Positions 16,676 through 24,000 of a stretch of 24,000 nt of DNA are shown one piece after another. This DNA is from Microcystis phage Mvi-JY20. Below the pieces are notes generated by a model. It was given only the letters and a program-made list of their open reading frames with translations, was not told the origin of the DNA and searched no databases. How positions within the stretch are numbered: position 1 is the first letter of the stretch; the number at the start of each line of letters is the position of its first letter. Made by a program: the position numbers and the translations under genes. The DNA lies in sequence record PP438412.1; one strand, 5' to 3'.

Positions 16676-17434
16676 ATGGTCACCACACCACGCAGGCTCA
16701 CCACGCTTGACCAAGGGGTTGCTAGACTCAACCAAGCTGACCGAGGACTGTTCCGATTATACGACTCGATCCTAACCGCGCATGGATTTCAACCGCACAC
16801 GGATTACTTGAGCCGCGACGCTTTCACTGTGTTGTATCGTGCTGAGAACAGCGACCCGCAAAACTTTGACCTCAGCTACATGCTGACCATCCTCCCTGAT
16901 GTTCATGCGGCCAGACCCGTGTTCGCCAAAAAAGGACACGTCATCGAAATGCTTGACCTCCCTTCCTACGGCCCTTATGCTCTGCGCAGGTCGTTAGAGG
17001 AAGCTCGTATCGACACCTCCACATTCTCCGCGCTCGTGAGCGTAACCGATCCGGTAGTTTGCAGCAAGGTTTTAGGGCGTCTAGCCTACGCTGCTTTTGG
17101 TTTGAGTCTTGCCCACTACGACGCTTTTTTGGATTGTCGCCGTGAAGCGGCACTTAAAATGACTCACAACGAGAAGACCGCTTTTAACCGTGCGGCCAAC
17201 TGTATTCTGGCCGCTTACGCCGAACCTGAAGACGCTGATTTGGACGACCCTACCTCACTCCTTGAGACGAACTCGTACCAATTTCTCCTACCCAACGCTT
17301 TGACTGTGTTTGACTGGTGTTACGACGCGATCTGTGCGACGGTAAAGAAACCTTCCACGGTCTACGCCAGGCGTATCCACCCACACATAGCCAAGTCCGT
17401 GACCCAAAAGGGCCTAGAAATTTGCTTCGCTTGA
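16676..17434 (+). CDS. hypothetical protein
   Basis: ATG 16676 (MVTTPRRLTTLDQGVARLNQ...). The tracked ORF begins at a TTG inside the palindrome (16610), which is unlikely to be the true start. Confidence 0.7.
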   Translation: MVTTPRRLTTLDQGVARLNQADRGLFRLYDSILTAHGFQPHTDYLSRDAFTVLYRAENSDPQNFDLSYMLTILPDVHAARPVFAKKGHVIEMLDLPSYGPYALRRSLEEARIDTSTFSALVSVTDPVVCSKVLGRLAYAAFGLSLAHYDAFLDCRREAALKMTHNEKTAFNRAANCILAAYAEPEDADLDDPTSLLETNSYQFLLPNALTVFDWCYDAICATVKKPSTVYARRIHPHIAKSVTQKGLEICFA

Positions 17435-17473
17435 CATTCCGTCCTCATAACCACCAAACTGAAACACGCAGCC

Positions 17474-19048
17474 ATGCCTAAGAAAAAACCTGAACCTACC
17501 CCTCCTGCCATTCTCTCTCGCGAATCTATTATCGCCCCAGAAGGGCAGGGGTTTGTCGATCCGCTTGATATTTTCGGTGTTTTTGAGGCTCTTGAAGCAT
17601 CGTTCGAGAACCCCGATGCCGGGATTCAACCCATCGAGGCTTTCTCATCTGACTACAGCAACCCACGCGGTACGGTCGATCCCGAAAGCCCTGTCATCCT
17701 ATCGGTGATCGCTAATAAGCAGGTGCTAGAACCGGTCACACTCACCCTCGTCACCACCAAAGATGCCGAAGGAAAAGATGTGGTCGTCTATGTGCCGGTC
17801 GATGGTTGGACGCGCCTTACCGGGATCATCGCGTATTTCCTCCAAAACCCGGATGACGTTGAAGCGTTCCAGTTGATCCCCGCTCGTTTTGTCGAAGGTA
17901 CGCCTGCGGAACTACGTACGCTTGCGACCATCACCAACTCGGCTCGCGTGAATTTCGACGAACTCGCTACGGCGCACAACCTGCATACCACCCTATCGCA
18001 AGAGGGTGTGCCCGAAGACGAGATTGAAGATCGTGTTGCCGACTTCTACCGGCGCATGGGGCAAGTCCACCACTCGCAAATCTCTCGGGCTATGGGTCTC
18101 TACCGCATCGCGGCTAACCCTGAATTGCATCGAGAAGTGCTTGCGGGCGCGGTTGCACTCGAAGTGGCTATTAGCGCGGCCAACAAGTCCGACGATCCTG
18201 AAGCTGCTACAAAAGCTGCTAAGGCTACGATGGCGGCTGCTCTCCAGAAGCAAGCCACTAAGCAACACGCAGGCCCGGGCAAGCCGGTCAAAGCCGAAGA
18301 CGCTATCAAGGATGCCACCAAGGCCACAAGCTCTAAGCGGTCGATCAACGAAGCCAAGCGTCAACTTGGTTTGTCGGATGCTCGACAGACAGCCCTCAAC
18401 CGGAAAGACATCCGCTCCGCGCTTCTGAAAATCCACGAGCCCGCTCGCCTGATCTACAACGCGCTTGCGGAGCACGATGAGCTTGTCAACTCGGAAGCCC
18501 CAGGTACCGAAGTCAACTACGATAATCCTCGCTACGACAACGTGCGTGATTACGTGGTCAACGTCACGACGTACCAGATGCAAGGGTTCTACACCGGTCT
18601 AGCGGTGTGCGCAGGGTTGCTAATGGTGTCTGCTACCTCGAATCAGGAGTGGTGTGACGTTGCGGAAGATGCCGACCTTCACAACTTCCAGCAGGCGTTC
18701 ATTGCGATGCACAAGAGCCTGACCAAGAAGGAACGCAACCAATACGGCATTGGTGACTTCCTCTACGGTTTGGTACCGGTAGACAACGCCAAGATCGACC
18801 TTCCCGAAGACCCGTCGTCTGAGGAGGAGGAGGAGGAAGAAGAAGCCCCGGCTCCCGCTCCTGTCTCTCGCAAGGGTCGCAAGCCTGCTCCGCAAGTGCA
18901 GGAACCTGAAGAAGAGGAGGAGGAAGAAGCCCCGGCTCCTGCTCCGAAGTCGCGTAAGCCTAAGGCTGCGCCGGAATCCAAGCAACCCAAGAAGAAGGCT
19001 CCGGCTCCTCCCGTTGAAGAGGATGACGACGACCTCGCGGAATACTAA
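17474..19048 (+). CDS. ParB-like nuclease-fold protein with C-terminal acidic/KPKKK tail
   Basis: ANKQVLEPVTLTLV...VYVPVDGWTRLTGIIAYF resembles the ParB N-terminal region, followed by a helical region. Tail is EEEEEEEEAPAPAP...KQPKKKAPAP...EEDDDD. Confidence 0.6.
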   Translation: MPKKKPEPTPPAILSRESIIAPEGQGFVDPLDIFGVFEALEASFENPDAGIQPIEAFSSDYSNPRGTVDPESPVILSVIANKQVLEPVTLTLVTTKDAEGKDVVVYVPVDGWTRLTGIIAYFLQNPDDVEAFQLIPARFVEGTPAELRTLATITNSARVNFDELATAHNLHTTLSQEGVPEDEIEDRVADFYRRMGQVHHSQISRAMGLYRIAANPELHREVLAGAVALEVAISAANKSDDPEAATKAAKATMAAALQKQATKQHAGPGKPVKAEDAIKDATKATSSKRSINEAKRQLGLSDARQTALNRKDIRSALLKIHEPARLIYNALAEHDELVNSEAPGTEVNYDNPRYDNVRDYVVNVTTYQMQGFYTGLAVCAGLLMVSATSNQEWCDVAEDADLHNFQQAFIAMHKSLTKKERNQYGIGDFLYGLVPVDNAKIDLPEDPSSEEEEEEEEAPAPAPVSRKGRKPAPQVQEPEEEEEEEAPAPAPKSRKPKAAPESKQPKKKAPAPPVEEDDDDLAEY

Positions 19049-19076
19049 GTCTTTCTCGCAGTCCGAACACCCCACA

Positions 19077-19096
19077 AGGCCCCCGCAAGGGGGCCT
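19077..19096 (+). terminator. intrinsic terminator-like hairpin
   Basis: AGGCCCCC-GCAA-GGGGGCCT, 8-bp GC-rich stem with GCAA tetraloop, 28 bp after the ParB-like stop. The downstream tract is not a clean U-run, so efficiency is uncertain. Confidence 0.6.
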
Positions 19097-19110
19097 CAGC
19101 TTACAAAACC

Positions 19111-19386
19111 ATGAGCCCAAACCTTAAAAAAAGGTGTCTTGACGTGTTCCATCGTTTAGAACCTATCAACGTCGTATCATCCAACGTCTCAGAAGTACGT
19201 TTACACACGTACTCTCGATCAGTGTTCGTAACTTTCAAACAAGGTACTGTCTACGCAGGAGTGCGCCTGTCCAAGGAGCGTTATGATGAAATCCAGGCAG
19301 CCCTTGAAAACCCTGATGTGAGCATTGGTAAGCTCTTCAACGGCTACAAGGCTCTTGACCCTAATTGGTTGGTGCAAATCTCTTGA
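19111..19386 (+). CDS. KTSC-domain-like small protein
   Basis: SEVRLHTYSRSVFVTFKQGTVYAGVRLSKERYDEIQAALENPDVSIGKLFNGYK resembles the KTSC pattern. The true start may be GTG 19144 (preceded by AAAGGTG). Confidence 0.55.
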   Translation: MSPNLKKRCLDVFHRLEPINVVSSNVSEVRLHTYSRSVFVTFKQGTVYAGVRLSKERYDEIQAALENPDVSIGKLFNGYKALDPNWLVQIS

Positions 19387-20066
19387 ACTTCCTCTCTTTC
19401 CTCTACCAAAAACTCTTCCCGGCCAAGCAGTACCCCGAACTGAGCAGTCGTCGCACGGCTTACCTTCGCCAGGTCAGTATGCGTGTTGAGATGATGTGCT
19501 CATACGCTGCGTCCTTAGGATTCTCCCTTAGTTACAATCCGATGCAGTGGCCCCTACGTGACCTGGTGGATATTTTGCATTCGAGCGAAATCTATCCTAC
19601 ACAAAACCAACCGTCTGATTACGTCATCAAGGACGCGAATTGGAGAGAGTTTGCAGGCCCTTACGCTGGCGACCCTACCAAAGCCCTTGAGATATTCAGA
19701 GGAGCCACCGTCGATCTGTACACGCCCGACATGTTCCGGGCTCCGAGCGTGGTCTCCGATGTTAACCTGGAGAATCTGAAGGTTTACGGTATTACCAACG
19801 ACCCTGAGTTTCCGTTCTATCCAGTGAGCAAAGTTCAAAGGGAGGCTCTCGTAATCTCAATCTACAATCTCCAGGTTGTAGGAGGTGCATCGCGTGTTCG
19901 CGTTTTCGTACCAACCGTGCCATACTCGTTCGAGATGCTCATAGCTGTTTGTGAGCGTGTAGACGCTATGTCCGAATTCTTCGACCTGATTGATTGGGAA
20001 CGTGTTGAAGTTGTTCTACAATCGTCCGTGTGGCGTGAGGTAGTAACTTGCGAGGTGGAAAACTAA
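19365..20066 (+). CDS. hypothetical protein
   Basis: 233-aa ORF overlapping its neighbours; the start may be slightly downstream. Confidence 0.65.
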   Translation: MVGANLLNFLSFLYQKLFPAKQYPELSSRRTAYLRQVSMRVEMMCSYAASLGFSLSYNPMQWPLRDLVDILHSSEIYPTQNQPSDYVIKDANWREFAGPYAGDPTKALEIFRGATVDLYTPDMFRAPSVVSDVNLENLKVYGITNDPEFPFYPVSKVQREALVISIYNLQVVGGASRVRVFVPTVPYSFEMLIAVCERVDAMSEFFDLIDWERVEVVLQSSVWREVVTCEVEN

Positions 20067-20254
20067 TGCTCAGGTACACAGCTAAGGTGGTACGCGCTCG
20101 CGGTATGCACGATTCTGGTTACTACGGGGTAGTTTACGACACCAAGGCGCAACGCAGTGTTCGTGTTTGTACCCTTATCGTGTCTGAAGATCGTGCCCGC
20201 CGAATTGCAAACTCGATGTTAGAAGCTCACCTAAAAGACGGAGAAACCGCTTGA
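20048..20254 (+). CDS. small hypothetical protein
   Basis: ORF of up to 68 aa in the overlapping gene array; internal ATG (MLRYTAK...) is a likely alternative start. Confidence 0.55.
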   Translation: MRGGKLMLRYTAKVVRARGMHDSGYYGVVYDTKAQRSVRVCTLIVSEDRARRIANSMLEAHLKDGETA

Positions 20255-20745
20255 CTAATCCCGAGATTACCAACCTCAAGATTTTCGTGTACGTAGGACA
20301 ACTACTCAATGCGAACTTGCTGATCCATCAGTACGCCGCAGTAGATATGGATTTTGCTTTTGAAGATGCGCTCACTAAGAAGAATGTCCAAAGTGAAATC
20401 GTCTACGTTGGACTGACAGACCCCGTAAAGGCAGGTATGGAGGTTGGGCAAGCTGCCCTCGTGCGAGTTATCAACTACCCCCAAACCGAGGAACCTATGG
20501 AGGTCGAGTACATCATGGACTACAAGTTGAATCCAAGCCCGGTACTTGACGCCTGGTTATCACTTTGGAAACAAGGGCAGATCGGCATCAAAATTGAGCG
20601 CATCATAAGGTGGGTTCCTTTAATCAAACCATTGCTTGAGCACCTACAGCAAAAACGTATCGACAGTTTCTTGCGACAGTTGCCAAAAGACGTACGTTCT
20701 TACGTATTGACCAACATCTACCGCGATGCCCTCGAAGCTGACTAG
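20251..20745 (+). CDS. hypothetical protein
   Basis: 164-aa ORF with overlap to both neighbours. Confidence 0.65.
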   Translation: MTNPEITNLKIFVYVGQLLNANLLIHQYAAVDMDFAFEDALTKKNVQSEIVYVGLTDPVKAGMEVGQAALVRVINYPQTEEPMEVEYIMDYKLNPSPVLDAWLSLWKQGQIGIKIERIIRWVPLIKPLLEHLQQKRIDSFLRQLPKDVRSYVLTNIYRDALEAD

Positions 20746-20953
20746 GTTCTTAACGGCTGTAGCTGTTAACGGAAATGTCATACGTGTTAGACAATTAGAC
20801 ATCGTTGACATCAAACCGACAACAGAAGGAAGTTGCATCCTCACCGTTGAGAGAGGTATAACCCGTATGACTTATGAGGTAGCGGAAGACGCTTACTCTT
20901 TACGTAGACGCTGGAACTTACCTCGCTCCCACGACGAAAACACACTGCGATGA
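20726..20953 (+). CDS. small hypothetical protein
   Basis: 75-aa ORF, overlapping the end of the previous gene and the start of the kinase gene. Confidence 0.55.
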   Translation: MPSKLTRFLTAVAVNGNVIRVRQLDIVDIKPTTEGSCILTVERGITRMTYEVAEDAYSLRRRWNLPRSHDENTLR

Positions 20954-21864
20954 ACACCCCGCTACCTCCCCTAACTCGCTTTCCAAAACCCTTCATGATC
21001 GGTATTGCCGGACACATCGGCGCAGGAAAAGACACCGTATCCTCGCTCATCTATGAAATTCTAGACTACACCATAATACTTGCTCCACTCGGTAGAAGAC
21101 AGTCAGGTGTACCAATTACAGATATACCTACCTGCGTACGAAGAATCGCTTTTGCAGACGCGCTCAAGCATGAAGTGGCTGACTTCTTAACGCTGCTCCG
21201 CTTTGCTCCCAACAGAGCGTTTAGCCAAATTGAATACGATACTCTTGCACAGCTTGCAACAGCCTACGTGGAGGAAGCCATTAAGTCGGACGACGCTTAC
21301 AAGCTCCTATCAACATGGTTTGCTATTGCACGAGACAATCAGTTACCTTCCGTATCCTCTACGTTAGGTAGTCTGAGCTACGATGCTATTGATCGGTATA
21401 ACGAGCGGGAGTATTACCGTGACACCCTAATAAATGGATCGCAGGAAGCCAAGAAGCCTTATCGCAGGCTGTTACAACTGTGGGGAACTGAGTTTAGGCG
21501 TGAGCATGGAAGCTGGAATTACTGGCTCGATATGCACATGCAGCAAGCATTAGAGGTTCCGTATAACGGAGGTAACCAACCTTATCGACGTTATATCGTA
21601 ACCGTGCCCGACGTAAGATTTGCAAACGAGGCAGATTACATTGTCAACACCTGGGGAGGGGCGATCATTCATGTACAGCGACCCATACAAGTTGCAGACG
21701 CGAACGAACTTGCCCACGTATCCGAATCATGGGTTCCCAACCGTGAAACGTTCGGTGATGCTCTCTTTCAAGTCAACAATGACGGTAGTATTTCTGACCT
21801 CCATGTAAAGGTTAGTGAAATCCTCGAACAGATTTCCGCTCAATTCTTCGGGCAAAACCAATGA
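20950..21864 (+). CDS. Deoxynucleoside monophosphate kinase-like P-loop protein
   Basis: Walker A MIGIAGHIGAGKDTVSSLI; RRIAFADALKHEV; RRLLQLWGTEFRREHGSWNYW typical of phage dNMP kinases. Confidence 0.75.
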   Translation: MNTPLPPLTRFPKPFMIGIAGHIGAGKDTVSSLIYEILDYTIILAPLGRRQSGVPITDIPTCVRRIAFADALKHEVADFLTLLRFAPNRAFSQIEYDTLAQLATAYVEEAIKSDDAYKLLSTWFAIARDNQLPSVSSTLGSLSYDAIDRYNEREYYRDTLINGSQEAKKPYRRLLQLWGTEFRREHGSWNYWLDMHMQQALEVPYNGGNQPYRRYIVTVPDVRFANEADYIVNTWGGAIIHVQRPIQVADANELAHVSESWVPNRETFGDALFQVNNDGSISDLHVKVSEILEQISAQFFGQNQ

Positions 21865-23279
21865 ACATCAGCAACGAACCCCGCATTACGCAAATTCCTA
21901 TCGGCCCTAACCGCCCCTTTAATGCGACGGCAGGCGGTATCCCTCCTGAAGTGCTGGCCGTAACGGGAGCAAGGTTTAGCCGCAGCTTACAATCCTTCGA
22001 TGACATCTTGAGTCCTTATGCTGATTCGTTTGATACCAGCGAAGGGATCAATGCGGCCACACGTAGCATTTTCGCGCACCTTGACTACGGACACAACTCC
22101 ATCATCGACATGGTGCCGATTGCGTTTGAACTTCGGGGGATCACGCAGTACGCCGCGCTCATGCTCTGGTATATCGCGCCTCGCGCTGTAGGTCAGGAGT
22201 CTAGTACCAGGTACATAGATTTCAAGAACCAACCCTTGCGACCGATCACCGCGTTTGACAACACCCTCGACAACAGTCTGTGGGAGGATTGGGCATCTAA
22301 GCAGATGCAGTTCTACCTAGACGCTTCGGAATACGTCTTAGAAGAGTACGCCCGTAAGGTAGAGGAAAAGAGCTACACTCCCATTATTTTTTCCCGGGAT
22401 GCTAATGGACGCCTTATTAAAGGTGACCCCGAAGAGGAAAATAGTGATACTTTACTAGCTATTTGGCACATCCCGGTCAGTCCTATTGAGGAGCAAGACC
22501 CGAAGAAGCGTTTGAGGTTTATGCGTAATGCAGTGTTTGACCGTTTACGCGGACTGCTTCCGTTGGCCGTCACTACCAATGTGTACATGCAGCTTCCGCT
22601 AAGGGACTGGCTAGACGTGATGGCGTTGTTTGCCGCTTCTCCATGCACTGAGCTTCAGCAAATTGCTTCAATGCTGCGTAGGGAGCTTGAGTCTGGGCCA
22701 CAAGCCCTCAATGACGTTTCGCTGCTCAAGTACGCAACTCCTCACGCAGATCATGAGGCTTGGTGGTACGACTTCTTCAATTACCTACCATCAGCGGAAG
22801 ATTCCGTGCGCTTAGACGCTACGAGTTATCGACCGTCCCTGATTACCGAGAACACCCGACATCCTAAGTCTCGATACTCTCCAGCGATCAGGGCGTTGTC
22901 CCGCGTAAATGTCACTTACGAGGTTACTACAGATGTGGGTGCGCTCCGAGACATGAATAGGCACCGCGTTGGTACGCGGGAGCTTCAAATCGCACTCAAC
23001 CGTAATGATCTCCCGGAAGCAGTAAGAGACAAGCTGTGGGCTGCCAGGCACAAACCTCTGCGCCTAAATTACGCTACTCTCGACACTCCGGCGACGTGGC
23101 GACATAGTACAAACCTAGCGCACGTAGCCTATATAGTCAACCTGCGCACAGGCCCCGGTAGTCACTTTGCTTACCGTAGGATATATGAATGGTTAGGTAA
23201 GGCAGTGGCAGCCGAACTGCGGCATTACGGGAGTCGTGAACTACGCGACCTATTCCTTGCTCACATCAATGGACACTAA
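21861..23279 (+). CDS. ThyX-like (FAD-dependent thymidylate synthase family) long protein with two ThyX-like segments
   Basis: First segment IAPRAVGQESSTRYIDF (ThyX motif-like). Second segment DVGALRDMNRHRVGTRELQ. HNSI/HV patterns before both. 472 aa, about twice a single ThyX. Confidence 0.65.
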   Translation: MNISNEPRITQIPIGPNRPFNATAGGIPPEVLAVTGARFSRSLQSFDDILSPYADSFDTSEGINAATRSIFAHLDYGHNSIIDMVPIAFELRGITQYAALMLWYIAPRAVGQESSTRYIDFKNQPLRPITAFDNTLDNSLWEDWASKQMQFYLDASEYVLEEYARKVEEKSYTPIIFSRDANGRLIKGDPEEENSDTLLAIWHIPVSPIEEQDPKKRLRFMRNAVFDRLRGLLPLAVTTNVYMQLPLRDWLDVMALFAASPCTELQQIASMLRRELESGPQALNDVSLLKYATPHADHEAWWYDFFNYLPSAEDSVRLDATSYRPSLITENTRHPKSRYSPAIRALSRVNVTYEVTTDVGALRDMNRHRVGTRELQIALNRNDLPEAVRDKLWAARHKPLRLNYATLDTPATWRHSTNLAHVAYIVNLRTGPGSHFAYRRIYEWLGKAVAAELRHYGSRELRDLFLAHINGH

Positions 23280-23706
23280 CAAGGCACTGTTTCCCATCCT
23301 TGAGTATCACCCAGTCCCTACGGACTGGGTATACGTCTTTAACGTGCGTAGCGCATCGGGAGAGCCTGACTACAGCAGTTGCCTCTACTCCCTGGTGTTT
23401 CCGGCGTATGACGGCCCTAAGGTATCTCAGCGTTTCACGGGATACCTTGTGTTCAATGATGAGGACGCTGCCCTAGAATGGTTCACATTGGCCTGTGAAA
23501 CAGGTCTGTTCTCTCCGACCGACAGGATAGTGCGAAACATGCTGATGTGGCACGACGTACCTGCATTCATTAACACTATCCGCACTCGATATAGACGAAG
23601 AAATCCGTTCACGAACACTCGCATATCGGGTGTTGTGATGTACAGTACCGTGCCGCTCTTCTACAATCACGGTGTGCCAGTGTATTGCGATCTGATTAAC
23701 CTTTGA
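23269..23706 (+). CDS. hypothetical protein
   Basis: Likely ATG 23269 (MDTNKALFPILEYHPVP...) overlapping the ThyX-like stop. The tracked ORF starts at 23236. Confidence 0.6.
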   Translation: MDTNKALFPILEYHPVPTDWVYVFNVRSASGEPDYSSCLYSLVFPAYDGPKVSQRFTGYLVFNDEDAALEWFTLACETGLFSPTDRIVRNMLMWHDVPAFINTIRTRYRRRNPFTNTRISGVVMYSTVPLFYNHGVPVYCDLINL

Positions 23707-23721
23707 GGTAGCATCGACCCG

Positions 23722-23991
23722 ATGCCAAATCTCACTTTTGCCGCTCTCGCCGTTGGTTCGACGTTCTTTTACCAGGGGCGCGAGTTCACAATTCAAGAAC
23801 CTTATCAGACCAATACTCGCGATCAAGAGGGGAATCTGGTGGAGGACGAAAACCTAACCGGTTGGCTCGCCATTCACACCCACGAGGAGGGGTTTCGCCA
23901 AAAGCTAGTCATCACGCCGGTCAACTTTGATGCTCTTGAGTTGAGCCTGACTGCTCCTGAAGCTGCCTCTCCTGAAGAGGGTAATGACTAA
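23722..23991 (+). CDS. small hypothetical protein
   Basis: 89-aa ORF, acidic C-terminus, consistent with the array. Confidence 0.55.
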   Translation: MPNLTFAALAVGSTFFYQGREFTIQEPYQTNTRDQEGNLVEDENLTGWLAIHTHEEGFRQKLVITPVNFDALELSLTAPEAASPEEGND

Positions 23992-24000
23992 AACGGTTGT

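Noticed and set aside
17993-18583. 196-aa minus-strand ORF
   Set aside because: Antisense to the ParB-like gene. No recognisable motif, and all supported genes are on the + strand.
1-24000. tRNA genes, rRNA, CRISPR arrays, transposases or integrases
   Set aside because: None was recognised by eye. There is no regularly spaced repeat-spacer pattern or transposase-like ORF. tRNAscan-SE or Infernal would be needed to exclude small RNAs firmly.

Overview
The window reads as part of a tailed dsDNA phage genome, or a prophage or phage-like element. All credible genes are on the + strand, tightly packed and often overlapping. From left to right it carries: a truncated small gene; a Ski2/Hel308-like SF2 helicase; a hypothetical; a family A DNA polymerase with an N-terminal UDG-like domain, a 3'-5' exonuclease and a 133-aa mini-intein; a protein with an acidic/KPKKK repeat tail; a RecA/UvsX-like recombinase; a DnaG-type TOPRIM primase core; a Rad50/SbcC-like ATPase encoded as physically separate N- and C-terminal halves, with an Mre11/SbcD-like phosphoesterase and a small coiled-coil protein between them; an Hjc-like resolvase; a terminase region; a ParB-like protein with a second acidic tail; a GC-rich terminator-like hairpin; small hypotheticals including a KTSC-like one; a dNMP kinase; and a long ThyX-like protein. 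The strongest leads are the split Rad50/Mre11 locus, the mini-intein in PolA, a near-perfect 26-bp palindrome repeated 12 kb apart, and a recurring promoter-like motif with 18-bp spacing. No searches were run. Family calls come from motifs read by eye.
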